Shown: positions 1-14,160 of the stretch, piece by piece
Layout of the letters: every line of letters starts with the position of its first letter
How positions within the stretch are numbered: the stretch's first letter is position 1
NCBI GenBank assembly: GCA_964016885.1
Contig: OZ024748.1
Coordinates: 22,754,001-22,818,000 of the forward strand
Reading direction: 5' to 3'
Source of the DNA: Eledone cirrhosa
Taxonomy: Eukaryota
Length of the DNA: 64,000 bases
Translations under genes and position numbers: made by a program
The notes under the pieces: generated by a model
The model's input: only the letters and a program-made list of their open reading frames with translations
What the model was told of the DNA's origin: nothing
The model's database searches: none

Positions 1-1955
1 CCAATTCCTCTTCCATTGATATGTCAGGTAAACACACTCACAGGTAAGTCATTTAGGCCATTGGCCTAAAAAAAAAAAAAATGCCTTTGATATTTTTGCT
101 CTTCCCAAAGCACTAGACAGTGTACTAATGATTTGGGTAGTATATTTTCTCTTTTATATGTTTGTTTCGACACTATCAACAAAGAGGAGCAGCAACTGCA
201 GAAGTGACTGTCTTAACCATTAAATTTATAAGATACTTCCTATGCTTTCAAATTAATTTTGAAATTCAAAAAAGTCAATGTAAGTTGGCGTTTGGAACAT
301 AGCTTAAAATATTTTGATATAAAAATGACGGACAGTTTTAGTTTAAATATGAACATTTTAAAATTGATAGATTTACATCAGAACATGTGGTGATTCTGGA
401 TGGGTTGGTATTAAATGGGTTAATGTTAAAGTTGACAACAATTATAAACAACACTGGATATATTAAGCATAGAAAAATGATTAGACCATTAATTTTAAGA
501 TAATGAAGAAATGACTGAAAAACAGTTATTGATTGTTTAGCAAAGAGAGTAGAGGGTTTAACTTGGTAGTGGTTCAAACTAGCTTTGTTGCATTCAGGAA
601 ACGTTACTCCTTAAATGTAAATGTGAAAAATTTGAAAGCAAGGTTGAGCAAATCCATGCTTGTAGAGTTTTTCCAGTCGGTGATGGCGACGTCGATGCAG
701 ACAAGACACTTCTGTAACCTTACAAAAGTTGTGTTCCTCGAAACAAGGTTTGTATTTCTAAATTTCATTGCATGCTTTTAATTTTCCTGTTTTCTTTATT
801 ACGTGCACACAAACAAACAAACAAACAAACAAACACACACACACACAAAGGTAGGTTTTGCTTTGCATCCAATAGTCTAGTGGCTTGGAACAATTAGGTA
901 AGACACGAGCACCTATCTTTAGACCGGAAATTGAGGACATTTTTGCTTTGCTTGCACTTAAAAAAATTCAGCATGGAGGGTTTGGGTTATACTAGCTGTC
1001 GCTTTTCAATGGGTTCTACAATTATTGACAATTTACTATTGCATGTAAGTTTTACAGGGTAGATGTAATGGCCACTGCTTTTAAGATACTGTTATTTTTC
1101 GTTCAACTGTTAGGATTGTCAAGGCTCCAATTAGAATTTGCTGTTGGTGCATGCACTTCATTGCTTGTTTCTCATTCAAATGCATTCATTGCGGAGCGGA
1201 TTTACTGATGCAGGTTAGTTGTCTGCATATGTATAGATATTAATATTGCAAAACAAAAAACAAACCTCAGAACAATCAAGTTACCAATATCTCTGCTTTT
1301 ACAAAGCGAAAAAACGTCTCTAAACAATGCTTTGGTATTGGTAAGTTCGTACAAGGTGAGTATTAATGCAGGGGAATAAGTGAATCTGAAAACTTAGGGC
1401 AGGGCAGTAAAGGTGTAATAATTTCAAATGAAAATAGATAAAATTTTTGGCGTAAAGAATTTGAGAATGAGTATGAAAAAAAAAAAAAAAAAATAGACCA
1501 TTTTAATAAACTAATAATTCTTAAAGATAGTACACAAGTGTAATGAGTAGACATGGTGAGTTGACGTTTGACTTATAAAATAACGGGGGGGTAATTTTCC
1601 AAAATAAAATTACCTCATTTAAAAAAAGAAAAAAAATCTTTAAAACTTGTGTTTTTGTTACTTCTTCGTGAATGTGTGGACGTGAATGGCTTGAGTTGGT
1701 TCGCGTCTCCGCAAAGCCAGTCGTACAATATAGTGGACTAGAAACGATCAGATCAAAGGAAGATAACTTGATTGATTACACCATGGTTTATCCCCCCTTG
1801 CTTTTAAGTAGCTGGTTCGTCCTTAAACAATTACGAAGCCGTTCACTTCCCTTTCATGACCAGATGTCTAAGCGAAAAGTATTTGGAGGGACTAAATTAA
1901 ACCAACTTTCTCATTTTTTAAGGTTCATACGTAGTTATGTAATAAACAAGATAAT

Positions 1956-2001
1956 TCATTTACCAGTGGTTTCTTAAAGACGTCTTCAGTCGTCAGAATA
2001 A
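1956..2001 (-). ncRNA. Hammerhead ribozyme-like motif (type I, minimal)
   Basis: Minus strand reads TTATT CTGACGA C-TGAAGACGTCTTTA-A GAAA CCACTGG TA AATGA. Stem I is TTATT/AATGA (5 bp, one G-U), stem II is near-palindromic, stem III is ACC/GGT, and the cleavage triplet is GUA. Confidence 0.5.
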
Positions 2002-2539
2002 CATGGTACATGCCTATTTAAAAAAACACAAACACCCTACCAGAGAACAAGGGGCAGTTTTGTGGTAAACTTTAGACGATATAAAAATACGTATGGCATT
2101 CCAAACGCGTTAGGTTTTGCATTTAAGAAATTGAATGGTATATTCTATAAGGAATAGTCAAGGCTGTCGACCACTAAGATTTGACGCATTCACAAAACAT
2201 CCGTTTTCTCAGTTTCTCCTTATCAATTTCACACGGTAATAGCCCCTCTCAGAAAATAACAGCCCCTTTGCTGTGCTGTAGAAATAAGCCCCAAACCACT
2301 GGTACAAAGCGGACTCTCCTATCTTTATATGGGAAAAATGAAAGTTGTACATTGCTTGAATCGGTCGGAAATATGGAAGGAAAATAGAAACATCCATGCA
2401 ATCACAATTCCTCAGGGCGTGCAATTGTTTTTCCTGGATTCTACTATTTAGTCACTTGCTTTTTTTAATCTAGCACTTATTTTTACCAATCTCTTCATTC
2501 AACTTGCAACAAGATTTCTCACGCCAGTAAATTTATAGA

Positions 2540-2897
2540 GCACCCTTCTAGATTTCAGTGTAAAATCTTTTTCGTGTGCTATTAACTAATCTAACCTTCA
2601 AAGGTGCTCTTGATCGGACCCCCCCCCCCCCCCCGCCAAATACAGCCGCCAAAAACCAATCGAAAACGAACTTTATAAATATTTAAACGAGGGGGAGAAA
2701 GACCATAGGAGATATATCCCCCATCGTGTTTGGTGGAAAATAATTATTTTTCATGTGCTATCAACTAATCTGACCTTCAAGATTGGAAAACGGAAACCCT
2801 TCGGGGAAAAGAAGTCGATTGCGAGCATTTTGGAGGTCATTAGTTTATAGAACACGAAGAAAAAAAAAAATTCCCCACTGAAATCGAAAGGGGTGTT
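2540..2897. mobile_element. Degenerate fold-back/MITE-like element
   Basis: Imperfect inverted repeats of about 70 bp (2540-2610 vs about 2822-2897; GATTTCAGTG...TTCGTGTGCTATTAACTAAT), with an internal partial repeat near 2750-2780. Confidence 0.5.
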
Positions 2898-5475
2898 TAA
2901 TAATACTCAAGTCTACCAAACTACACTGACAAAACGAACTGGTTTTTTCGTGGGGGCGGGGGAGGAGGATCAGGGGAGGCTACTCTAGCAGCGAATTTGT
3001 TAATGGGTATTGTTTTTAGTCGTGATCATAATACAATGCACTTGAAAATTTACAAATTTTCATCAGGCAATGACGGGGTTTACATTGGGAAAAGATGTCG
3101 CATAGGAATCTGATCACTACAACTTTTTATCTGCCAGGAGCTGTAAGCGGTAAATAGTGTCAGCAATCTGACGATCAGCCCCATTACTTTCTAATCAATC
3201 TGCAACATACTGATATAAAACAATGTAAAGTGTTCTCTTGGATTGCTTTAATTTATATATTTATTTTAAGGATCACGTCCCTTCTCTCCGGACGAAAAAC
3301 AATGTTATGTCTTCAGGCAAGGAAATTAACAAATCTAGTCTCTACATATTGCAATAGCAGTTATCTTCCGTTTCTCCTCAACTCAAAGAAACAGCTTCAG
3401 GATTCTAGTCATTTACCTATGAGTTATGTACAACATACGCATTTTTCTATGAAGGCGACAATAGTTTGTAACTTAGTTTATCAACAAAATAACCGAAACG
3501 AGGGTGCCTTTATGCGGTAACTTGATTTACTGGAAAGCAAAATTTCTCCTTAACTCACATTCTACTGGTAGGACACATTGGATAATATAACCCTAGATAT
3601 ACTATGGCTCAATAGAAGAGAAAAGCATAATATCCGGAACGTCTTGATTAGTTAACTTGGGTTTCAGCAACCAAACAATAATCTTGCTTTTAAGGTGCTA
3701 GGCAACAGGGGTGGGGGTAGGGTCTTATGACTGTGAAGCAAACTTAAGCGAGCGATTCGATTATGCCTACATCTATACTTATACAAACTTGTGTATGTAT
3801 ATATCTATATATGTGTGTGTTTGTGTATTTTGCATGTAAGGCAGTGTAATTGTATTTCTCACTTATTAAATCTTGAACTATATATATACAGGTGTTATGG
3901 AATGGATCCCATTTCATAACACGTATATATATATATAATGATGAGGGGGGGGGGGGGGGGCGGTTGTCGCTTGAAGATTAGGACGAAAGAAAAAGTTCTG
4001 CGGATAGTGTAAATAATACGCCAGAGATCGAATGTAGATCCTGAAGTCACTGTAGCGCTAGATGTAGATTGAGTTATATATTCTAGTGGGAGACTTCAAT
4101 ACAAATGTTGGCACTGATCCCCTGGCATAGAAAGAAGTGATTGGAAGGAACGGTGATCTAAATGTGAAGATGACTTATTAGACTACTGCTCTAGCAATGG
4201 GCTCTAATATGAACCCCCCTTTTCAGCACAAATATATCCATAAATATTCATGTTATGAGGGAAATAGGGGACAGATCAGTAATTGATTTTTTTTTAATTG
4301 TCTCTGATCTATTCAATTCTGGGCTGAGCTGACAACTGATCATCCAATTATCTGTTACTCGAGACTACCTCACAAAACTGCCAGGTACAGCTCAACCTAC
4401 AGGACAAAACGAGAATCGTTGGCTGATGAGAAAATCTGGTCCAGGTATGCGAGTACTATTGCATACAAATTCTGAGAATTCTCTGAATAAGGACGTTGAA
4501 ACGGAGTGGAGACTTCAGCTTGGCAGTTTCTCCTGGGCCGTAACTCTATGCGTCAAAGCATGGCGTCCGATACTGCCAATCCACCAGAGTAATTAATGCG
4601 CTCAAATGTGGCAAGACCTCTGAGTAGCCTTATATAATTGTTTCTACTTTTGGCACAAGATTAGAGAGCTGAGAGCCGAATCGAATACCACAAAGCACTC
4701 TATTCGACGTTCTAACGACTCACCACCTTAATATATGTGTATATATATATATATATATGATGATTGTTGCAATTCGATTTTGTGTAATGCCATCGCTTGA
4801 TACTTAAATCTTAGCAACACGGACATTGCTTTCATTCTTACGGGGTGGGGTAAAAAATGTCACATATCAAGCGATGCCTGTGCTTGAAGCTTTTTTAAGT
4901 GAGGAAAGGGGCCAATTCCACCCCCCTGAACACACACACATATCCATGTATACACACAGATATATATAAACACGCACACAGAAATAGCAGCCAAAACCAT
5001 CTTAAATCACACACAACGTGATGTTTTGAAATGTTGAAAATAGCAACCAAATCAATCTCAAATCACACAGGAGAGACATTGAAACTATTTACATACTGTT
5101 TTTTTTTTTTAGAATATCTTAAACAATTATGTTAAAAATTCTCTCTCTCTCTATCTACTTACGTACCTACCCATTTCTCTCTCTCTCTATCTATCTATCT
5201 ATCCATCTGTATACCCATCTATTTACCCCCTTCCTGTCTATTTAAATATATACATACCTTCCTATCTATCTATCTACCTGCCTGACTAATATTCTATAGT
5301 TATCTACTTATTCATATTTACCACTATATCTATCTTCGGATAAGAATGATAATAACGACAACGAAGTCCAATCTCAATAGCAGCCCGAAGATAGATAAAT
5401 AGGTAGAAAAAAGTCATCGTAATTTAGTGTATATATGTGTTTTTATGATTATTGTGCTAGATAGGAAATTGTAAT

Positions 5476-5795
5476 AACTGTTTCTACTTTTGGCACAAGG
5501 CCAGCAATTATCCCAGTACATTACTGGTAACCTCGCCTTTTTATCCTTACGGGGTCGAGAAAATAAAGCACCAGTAATGCAGCGGTGAATTGGCAGTATC
5601 GGTAGAGCGTCGGACACAATGCTTCGCGACATAGAGTTACGGCCCTTTACGTTCTGAGTTAAAATACCGCCGAGGTTAGCTTTGCCTTTTATCCTTACGC
5701 GGGGTCGATAAAATAAAGCACCAGTAATGCACTGGGGGGTCCATTTAGTCGATTTTCCTCTTCCCTTCATATTATGTGCTAAATGTAGAAACAAT
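5476..5795 (+). mobile_element. tRNA-derived SINE family S1 (Meta-domain-like core), rearranged copy
   Basis: A-box-like TGGCAGTATCGG, core GCCTTTATCCTTACG..GGGTCGATAAAATAAAGCACCAG and AGTAGAAACAAT-type tail. It is preceded by an inverted tail piece and a partial copy. Confidence 0.8.
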
Positions 5796-6097
5796 AATTA
5801 TTGTAATAGATTTAAATAACTGCAAATTGAAAAAAAAATGATAAACACCACTTTTGTTTATCATTTGTGGCTATTTGGATGATATACATGTCTTCTGGTG
5901 AAAGCCCAGCTAGGCTTGATAACAGGTTAAACGTGTTAATGATTTTTTTCAAATTACAAGGAAACATGTATTTTTGGTATGTTTACATATCTTTATACTA
6001 ACATATGTACATTTCTATACGCATTTACGCAGTTTCGTTTACTTCTATTTTGTATTTATACAGATATAACTTTATCATATATTTCGGCACACAACTT

Positions 6098-6142
<45 letters not shown>

Positions 6143-6549
6143 GTACACACACATATATTATATACATACACATACACACGTTGTGATACGTAAACCAGTT
6201 TAAGCAAGTTTATTGCTTCAAGTCACCAGAGGAGAGGAGGAGGAGGAGGAGGAAAGAAATGAAATTCTGTAATGGAAAACACAAGGAGGGAGCCAGGAAT
6301 AGGCAGGATGTTGACAAATGACCGAACACGCATTACCAGAAGTTATTCGCAAGAGGGCGCTGCGCAATGACCTCCCGTATATCGTGACTTGAAGTCTGCT
6401 CACGCCAAGCATTGAAACGGCCAAAAATAGACAAGAAGGAGTAGATATCTTTTGTTACATCCACTATAAACTCAAACAATTTCTTCATCAGTCACGATGG
6501 CAACACAACTACAATATTAAGCAGGAAAATTGAATGTGGTAGAAAAAAA

Positions 6550-6870
6550 TATGGACTTCCCTCGGTTTCGACGATGAGGATCTCAGTTGTTTGATCAACG
6601 GTACAGCCTGTTTATGAAATTAACATGTAAGTGGCAGAGCATTCCCCTTACACGTATACCCACAACGTAGTTCTTAGAGAGATTCAATGTGACACAGTAA
6701 GTGACAAGGCTGGCCTTTGGAATCACAGGTAGAGTCCATTTAATGGGTTTCTTCCACCCGATTTCACGCACAAGGCTTGAATTGACTCAAGGCTATGGTA
6801 AACGACACTTTCCAAGGATTGAACCTGGAACCTAATGATTTCGAAGCGAAATTATTAAATATTCAGCCAT
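6550..6870 (-). mobile_element. SINE family S2 copy (degenerate)
   Basis: Reverse complement resembles 54160-54470 and 11995-12141 (tRNA-like head GGTTCCAGGTTCAATCC; shared CAGCCACTTACATGTTAATTTCA-like tail). Confidence 0.65.
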
Positions 6871-8881
6871 TCTACGACTAGGAAACAATGAGAAGTGTTT
6901 AAGATAAACACTAGACTACCCGTGACCAATTGCGTCACGTTCACTTCAAAATAATTTTTAGATAATTAAAATATACACAGACGTGTATATAATGTGAAAT
7001 GAAACTGGAAGGCCCTTATATATATATATACGTGTGTCTATGTATATATATAAATGTGTGTGTTTGTATACATATATATATGTATGTGTGGGTGTCTGTG
7101 ATCTATATACACTGGTCATAGATACATACACATATATATGTAGACACAACAACACCACCAGCTCTCTCTCTCTCTCCCTTCCATTCTCTCACAACCACTA
7201 TCTCTCTCTTTGTTTATGAAGGTGCCCGGAAAAGCCCCATATCTCGGGAAGCCGTGATCCGATTTACGCGAATCTTGTTTTATTCCATTTGTATCCCCAT
7301 TTCAGGGTCAATTTCCTTTCAAAGTATTTTCCTATTATGCGCCCTTTTGGCTGTATCACATTATATACAAGCAAGTAAGCAAGCAAGTAGTCGCAGAGTT
7401 TTAGTTAGTAATATATATATATATATAAAATTTTTCCTGAGTTCGGTTTTCTTCGTTGCTATGGTCACCGCGGCTCGTCTGTCGGTCGCTGTATTTGATT
7501 TGCAAAGCTGTCTAAACGTATTGTGATAATTCTAGGGATTATTCCCTATTGAGTGCTTAGTTGCACACCGAAACTGCATTCGTTAGCTTGGCTACATCCA
7601 AAAGCTTCGTTGATGCTGTGCTAAAATTTGTATATATATATATATAGATATATATATAGATATATAGATAGATAAATTAACTTTCGTATTTTAAAGCTGG
7701 TGTTTGGACATAACAAGGTTATTAAATAAAGATAAAGACTTTAAAACAAACTGCTGTGCATCACAGAACTAGAGGTGGTTTCGGGTGGCATGATATGTTA
7801 AGGGAGAGGTATAGTCGGTTTAATAGTCATCAGTGAGAAGATTGAAAGACAAAGGTAACTCTGGTGTGATTTGAACTCGTAATATATTTATTTCATCGAT
7901 TTACTAATGATTTTTTTCATGATTTGACACAAAACTTCATATTTCTAAAGAAGGATTTAATCGATCGAATTGCTCACTATATAATCTTACACATGCACCG
8001 ATTCCCCCCCCCCCCTCCCCCACAGACTCAGACACAAACACGCACCCACACACAGAGAGACTCAGGTACACACACATATACATATATATAAATAGCAGCA
8101 ACAATCACAACAACAATAATACCAACAACAGTAACAAAAACATCAAAAGCAACAACAACAACAACAACAATAGTTACAACAACACTAGTTACAACAACAA
8201 CAACCACAACAACAACAACAACCACAACATCAACAACGACAACCACAACAACATCAACAACAACTGTTATTCTGACCAAAGTCCACCTGTCATTGTTACT
8301 GTCATCGTCGTTGTTGTTGTTGTTGTTGTTACTGTCATCGTCGTTGTTGTTCTTTTTCATCGTCTTTATTTGTCTCCTCTACCTCCTCCTCCACACCCGT
8401 TGTATCGTGTTGTCACACCCCTACCTAAAGTGCTGCCAGCAACTCCTTAAGTGCTGTCCCCTCCCCACAGTCCTGCCACTACATCTCCGTATTTACCACC
8501 CCCACTCCCCCCATAGTGTTGCCACCAACCCTCCTACAGTGCTGCCACCTACTTGCTTCTTGCTGACAGCTTACCGCCTTTTTTGAAACACTTCAATATG
8601 GCGTCTGCTATAAAATTGTCGTTCGATTAACAATCCTTTCTTCACAGATTTCTTCGGTCTTTACAGCCGCTCTTTTTCTATTTCTCTCCCTATCATACCC
8701 CCCCCCCCCCGCCCTCTCTTCCCTCTCTCTTCAATCCCTCCTTCTGTCACATTAACTCCCCCTCTCTCTCGCTCTCTCTCGCTCTCTCTTCTAATCCTTC
8801 TCCGTTGAATCCCTCCTTTTGTTATCCCCCTCTCTCTCTTTTTTACCATCCTTATCCCCTACATCCCTCTTTTGTCACATT

Positions 8882-8981
8882 CTCTTCTTCTTCTTCTTCT
8901 TCTTCTTCTTCTTCTTCTTCTTCTTCTTCTTCTTCTTCTTCTTCTTCTTCTTCTTCTTCTTCTTCTTCTTCTTCTTCTTCT
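8882..8981. repeat. (CTT)n microsatellite
   Basis: Pure trinucleotide run. Confidence 0.98.
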
Positions 8982-9512
8982 CTCACCACCACTACGACGG
9001 CAATCACCGCAAGGTAATACTCCTCCCTCTTACAGCATCACCGCCCTTCCTAGTCGATTATATCATCCTATATTCTCTCCCCCTCCACCGTCCCATCTTT
9101 CCCTATTCCTTCGTCGCATCAACAAAAACTGGGTTGAGATGACGAAAGTATCGTTATGGCAACGGCTGGCTCGCTTTATGTGACATGCAACACGTTGTAC
9201 ACAGCATGCTACATGCAGCATGCAGCATACAGCATGTAGCATGCTGTGTACACACGCCTGTTGAATAAGCAACAACATCCCAGACAATGGCGGCGAAATG
9301 TAGAGGTGGTGGTGGTGGTGGAGACGACAGTGGTGGTAGTAGTGGCAGTGGCGGTGAAGGGTGGTGGTGGCTTGGAGGTTATGGTAACTGTGAAGAGTGG
9401 TGAAAGTTCGCGAACGACGGCTCAAGCGGAACCAGGCTGGTTTTAGTGCCACGGCACATCATTTTTTCGACTAATGTCTCTCTCTCTCCCCCCCTTTCAC
9501 CCACACACACAC

Positions 9513-9553
<41 letters not shown>

Positions 9554-9651
9554 CACACACATACACAGATCCTGGTAATCCGATAGGTATATAGATGGAT
9601 GGATAGCTAGACGGACAGACAGACAAACATATAGATAGATAGATGGATATA

Positions 9652-9694
<43 letters not shown>

Positions 9695-10031
9695 TATATA
9701 TATATATATATATATAGAGAGAGATTACCATTTACCTTCATCATGGATCAACTCTCTAAGCGCTCCTGCCATAATAACACTTTTTGAACTGCTTATCCCC
9801 AAGAACTATGCCTGTAAATAATATTATTCTTTCTTTCCCATTACCTTATCATGTTCCACATCACCCCTCCTTTTTTTTCACTTCAAAAATCTTGTTTGTA
9901 AATAATATTATTCTTTCTTTCCCATTTCCTTAACCACCTTATCTTCTCTCCTACATTTTATACCAATACGAATCCCCCCCCCCCTCCCCCTTGATAATGC
10001 ATAAAATGCTGAAACCGGTAATTGACAATTA

Positions 10032-10063
<32 letters not shown>

Positions 10064-10244
10064 ATCAATGCTATTGTTAATTAATAAATAAATTAACTAA
10101 TACCTTAACACTTCACGCAAAGTAAAATATTTTGTTTTAAACATTTTCTAACCCACAAAAAAGAGAAAAAAATAAAGGAAAAAAAAAATTTTTTCTTCCT
10201 AATAATCGTTTTTTTCTCCCTATTTACATATATATATATATATT

Positions 10245-10287
<43 letters not shown>

Positions 10288-10372
10288 TATCTGTCATCGA
10301 AACGGTTTATGCTTGACTGTCGGGCATCGTATCCTATAATAAAGCTTGTCTTTACATCTCTGAAATAATAAT

Positions 10373-10561
10373 TGTTTCTACTTTTGGCACAAGGCCAGCA
10401 ATTACCCAGTGTATTACTGGTACTTTATTTTATCGACCTCGTAAGGATGAAAGGCAAAGTTAACCTCAGCGGGATTTGAACTCAGATCGTAAAGGAACGT
10501 AACTATGCTGGAAAGCATGTCTGACCCTCTACTGATACTGCTAATTCACCGCCCAATTCAC
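10373..10561 (-). mobile_element. SINE S1, full-length, with 18-bp TSD
   Basis: Flanked by CATCTCTGAAATAATAAT at 10355-10372 and 10562-10579. The B-box GAGTTCAAATCC is on the minus strand. Confidence 0.92.
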
Positions 10562-10579
10562 CATCTCTGAAATAATAAT

Positions 10580-10770
10580 GATTTCTAGTATAGGCACAAG
10601 GCCAGTAATTTGGGGGACGGGAAAAGTCGATTAAATTGATCCCAGTACGTTACTGGTGCTTTATTTTATCGACCACGTAAACAATTGAACTCAGAACGTA
10701 AAGGGCCATAGCCCTATGCTGAAAAGCATGTTGTCTGACGCTCTACCGATTACTGCCAAACCTCCGCCCT
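10580..10770 (-). mobile_element. SINE S1 variant (longer tail subfamily)
   Basis: Same head and core as S1 with a GGGAAAAGTCGATTAAATTGATCCCAG tail segment. The neighbouring copy inserted at its tail. Confidence 0.85.
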
Positions 10771-10784
10771 AATTATTATTATTT

Positions 10785-11215
10785 CTTTTTATTTGCCACA
10801 AGGGCCAACAATAAGGGGACAATACAATAGACAAGGATGGTGGGTGGGGAGGGGGTTACACTGAAATCCAGAAGAAAGAAATTAACAAACAAATAACAAT
10901 GAACAAAAGAATTACAACGATGATTATTCCCCAATGGGGAGGGGGGGGGGCACTACCCAGAGTGAACTAGGAACCCCACAAAACCTAAACAACCTGACAC
11001 TTGAAAAGCACCATAGGAGGGCGCTCCTATCCTCTCTAAATCAACCAGTCTTCAGGCGCATGTTCAGAGTAGGTCCATTCTTGCAACATTCACCCACCTT
11101 TTAGCAAATGTACTGGTGGTGGTGGTGGTGGGGTCTTGGCAGCACTTCTCTCTTCATCCTCACCTTCCTTTCCAGGTGAAACTTGAAAAAGTTGATGAGG
11201 GATTGGTCGGAAGTA
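10785..11215 (-). mobile_element. L1/Tx1-like LINE 3' end (degenerate)
   Basis: Reverse complement resembles 18130-18545 (TATTGTCCCC..GGCCCTTGTG..AATAAA 3' end; TCAAGTTTCAC.TGGAAAGGAAGGTG). Confidence 0.75.
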
Positions 11216-11994
11216 ATTATATTGACGACCCTAAATACCTTTGTAATTGGCTCAGGTTAATCAAATTTTATCATAAATAAACTTTATAGGTGTAACGTTT
11301 TTGAAAATAAAAATGAAATGGCTAATAAACATAACATTCACTCAATATATGTTTCCTTCTAGCAAAGAAAGAACAATGAGCACACTACTAATTAAATTAC
11401 CCTTGAAGACAGCAATGAGCACACTACTAATTAAATTACCCTGGAAGACGGCAAGGCATGACTGGAAATGTTGCAAAAATGAAGCCTGAAAAACGATTTG
11501 TTTTACATTTAAAGACGATTAGATCTACACAAAAGTTAAAACAGAAACATTAGAATGAAAGAATGGTTCAATAATTCAATTGAAAGAATTCTTCAAATAG
11601 AATGAAAGTCAAGGTTTAATCTGTAGAAATTGTAGAGAAGCAAACGTTTCAAATGTGTTTATTACTGACTAAGACATAGTGAGGAGTTGAAATCGTATTA
11701 CCTGAAAAGGTATTTATTACAGAACCAATACATTTCTGCAGCTGGGATTCCTTGTAACGGGATTATTCAACCATTAACAGAAATGGAGTAAAAACTCTCA
11801 TAGACAACGTGTTACTTCCAATAGAAATGAACTCTTCAACGAACTCTGGGTAATATATACATGAACATATGGCTGAATATGAATTCTTGCCAACCGGTGA
11901 GGGTAATAAAAACAATACAGTTGAATACGTAGAATTAAGGAATAGAATCATTCAAAGGGAAATATATTAGAAAATTTGATAATAGGCACCGACT

Positions 11995-12139
11995 GGGCTG
12001 TGTGGTTAAATAGTTCGCTTCACAACCACGTGGGTTCGGGTTCAGTCCCACAGCGTAGCATTTGGGGGCAAGTGTCTTCTACTATAGCCTCTGGACGACC
12101 GATGCTGTGCGAATGGAATTTGGTAGATGGAAACGGGAG

Positions 12140-12141
<2 letters not shown>
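11995..12141 (+). mobile_element. tRNA-derived SINE family S2
   Basis: GGCTGTGTGGTTAA A-box-like and GGGTTCAGTCCC B-box-like motifs, body GGCAAGTGTCTTCTACTATAGCC, ending in (GT)n. Confidence 0.8.
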
Positions 12142-12190
<49 letters not shown>

Positions 12191-12275
12191 ACTCAGAGAG
12201 AGAGTGAGAGAGAGAGAGAAATGTCTGTATGTGTATATATACACACATATACACATACATGTATATATGTGTGTC

Positions 12276-12362
<87 letters not shown>

Positions 12363-12619
12363 TTGTTTAATTAAAACAACAGGAGGCCGGGTTGGAGATA
12401 TCCCTTTAAAGTTTTATTGTTGCAAAAAAACACAACAACAAAAAAAAACAGTATATATATTTCAATGGCCTGGTTACATCATCAGGTGCGGATTGCATAA
12501 TTAGTTAATCAATAAAAGGAATTACGGGAAACACAAACAGAGAATAGAGAATATATTTGAATCGGAGATGGCCCGCAGGTGGGGGTGGGGTGACTTGACG
12601 TCAGCAGGGGGAGAAGGAG

Positions 12620-12865
12620 GAGGGACGTCTACTGGGCTAAGTCCCAGCCGGTCCCACGTCTCTCAGGCGGCCTAACGTTCCCTGATCACAGAGGGTTCCA
12701 TTGGCATAAGGTTACCGACGAAAGAAACGCCGGCAAAGCCAGTGAGATCGGGGACCGGAGGTCAAGGCCACCATACCTGACAGGTAAAGTGGCCTGTTGC
12801 CATCCAATGTCGTCAAACCTGACGTGGCATATCTCCTCGGCTGCTGCTCGGCCCTTCATCAGGAG
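12620..12865 (-). pseudogene. CRE-clade non-LTR retrotransposon RT/thumb fragment
   Basis: Minus-strand translation RAAAEEICHVRFDDIGWQQATLPVRYGGLDLRSPISLALPAFLSSV matches the WxQAxLPVRxGGLGxR...LPAFLxS motif typical of CRE-like elements. It is not in the ORF track. Confidence 0.75.
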
Positions 12866-13571
12866 AAAAGTGGGCAGGAAAAGAGTTCCGAGGGTGTGAG
12901 GGGGAGTGGTGGAAAGACATTAAAAGGGGGCGGGGAAAGGGAGGAAAAACATTTTTTTTAGAGGGTAAAAAAAATTAAAATGAAACAAGTGGTGAAAGGG
13001 TGTGAGGCGTGTAGGGGTGGTGGTGGGTGGATGAGGGGAGGGGAGCGGGGGACAGGGATCTGAGCGAGGAGGGTGCAAGGTGGTGTGTGTGTATGTGTTT
13101 AGGTGTACGTGTGTGTGGATGTGAATGTGAGAGTTTGAGGAAGAACAAGGTTCCATGTTCGGGTAATAGGGAAACCAGTGTGTACATGGGGTGGGGTATA
13201 AGTCAGTGTGTGTGCGCGTGTGGATGGAAAGGGGTCAGGGGGTGGGGTGGGGGAGAGGGGGCGTGTGGAGTCCCGAGGCTGAGTGTGTGTATGTGAGGAT
13301 ACGCACGTGTGTGTGAGTGTTTTTGCACGGTGTGGATGTATGGTTGCGTGGTGCGAAAATAGTGTAAGTGTTTATGTGTGTGTGTGTTCCTGGATGTTTT
13401 TCCGCAGAGTGTAGGAATGGATGTTGAAAATTCCAAGTATAGCAGGGTGGATATATACATACACATATATATATATGTGTTGAGTTTTTTTCTAGTCATA
13501 TGCTTGGTGGTCACCGATCTGTCCGGCTCGTTGCCTACCAGCGTATCATGGAAAATCAAACATCAGATATG

Positions 13572-13648
13572 TATTTTGTCTGACGAGGACATGTTCTGTT
13601 TTATGTTATACATAAACCTTGCATCTTCGAAACAAATATAATGAAATA
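13572..13648 (+). ncRNA. Decayed hammerhead ribozyme motif
   Basis: TATTTTGT CTGACGA [long stem II with TTTATGT/ACATAAA] GAAA CAAATA TA ATGAAATA. Stem I is 8 bp with wobbles; stem III is mismatched. Confidence 0.45.
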
Positions 13649-13828
13649 AATAGAGATAATATTAAGTATATATCTTTCGTCTATTACTATTATATATCCA
13701 TATATATAAAGTTGTATTCCTGTCTGTTTGTTTGTTCACGAATTACTCGTATGGTTTTGGAGATAGACCCCCATAACCATATATATTCTGAAACTACACT
13801 GCCCAGGGTTCTTGGATTATATATATAT

Positions 13829-13869
<41 letters not shown>

Positions 13870-13874
<5 letters not shown>

Positions 13875-14160
13875 ATACTTGGGGAGGGTCATATTTGTGT
13901 AATATTGCCAGAATTAATAACAGAACACACTCACTGTTTGGTTGGTTTTCGCTTCTCGCTGTCTTTTATATCTGCGATCTAACTTACTCGGTCCTCAATG
14001 TTGCCATTGACTGACCGACGGTCAAAAATAATACAGATACATTATAGACACAAACACATATATATAGTTTACATAATTTACATAAATCTTTCGTTGCACA
14101 TCTGCAACATCGTCAGTGGTGTTATATTTTTTCCTCCTGTTGTGTTGTATGTCTACGCCA
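13870..14160 (-). mobile_element. TA-flanked dispersed element family C (pLTR-like)
   Basis: GGGAGGGTCAT...TGCCA...AACACAC is shared with 21123-21420. Carries the hammerhead at 14080-14122. Related sequence at 37310-37440. Confidence 0.6.
14080..14122 (-). ncRNA. Hammerhead ribozyme motif (stem I partly decayed)
   Basis: CCA CTGACGA T GTTGCA GATG TGCAAC GAAA GATT TA TG, with a perfect 6-bp stem II. Confidence 0.55.

Noticed and set aside
1-1560. Several GTAAGT/GTGAGT donors and short ORFs (LKIGARV resembling a PIF1 motif)
   Set aside because: No consistent exon chain or further helicase motifs.
3884-3935. 14-bp hairpin within TA repeats
   Set aside because: Too short to distinguish a mini-MITE from chance.
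12445-12492. CTGATGA...GAAATATATA on the minus strand
   Set aside because: Stems I and II do not pair convincingly.
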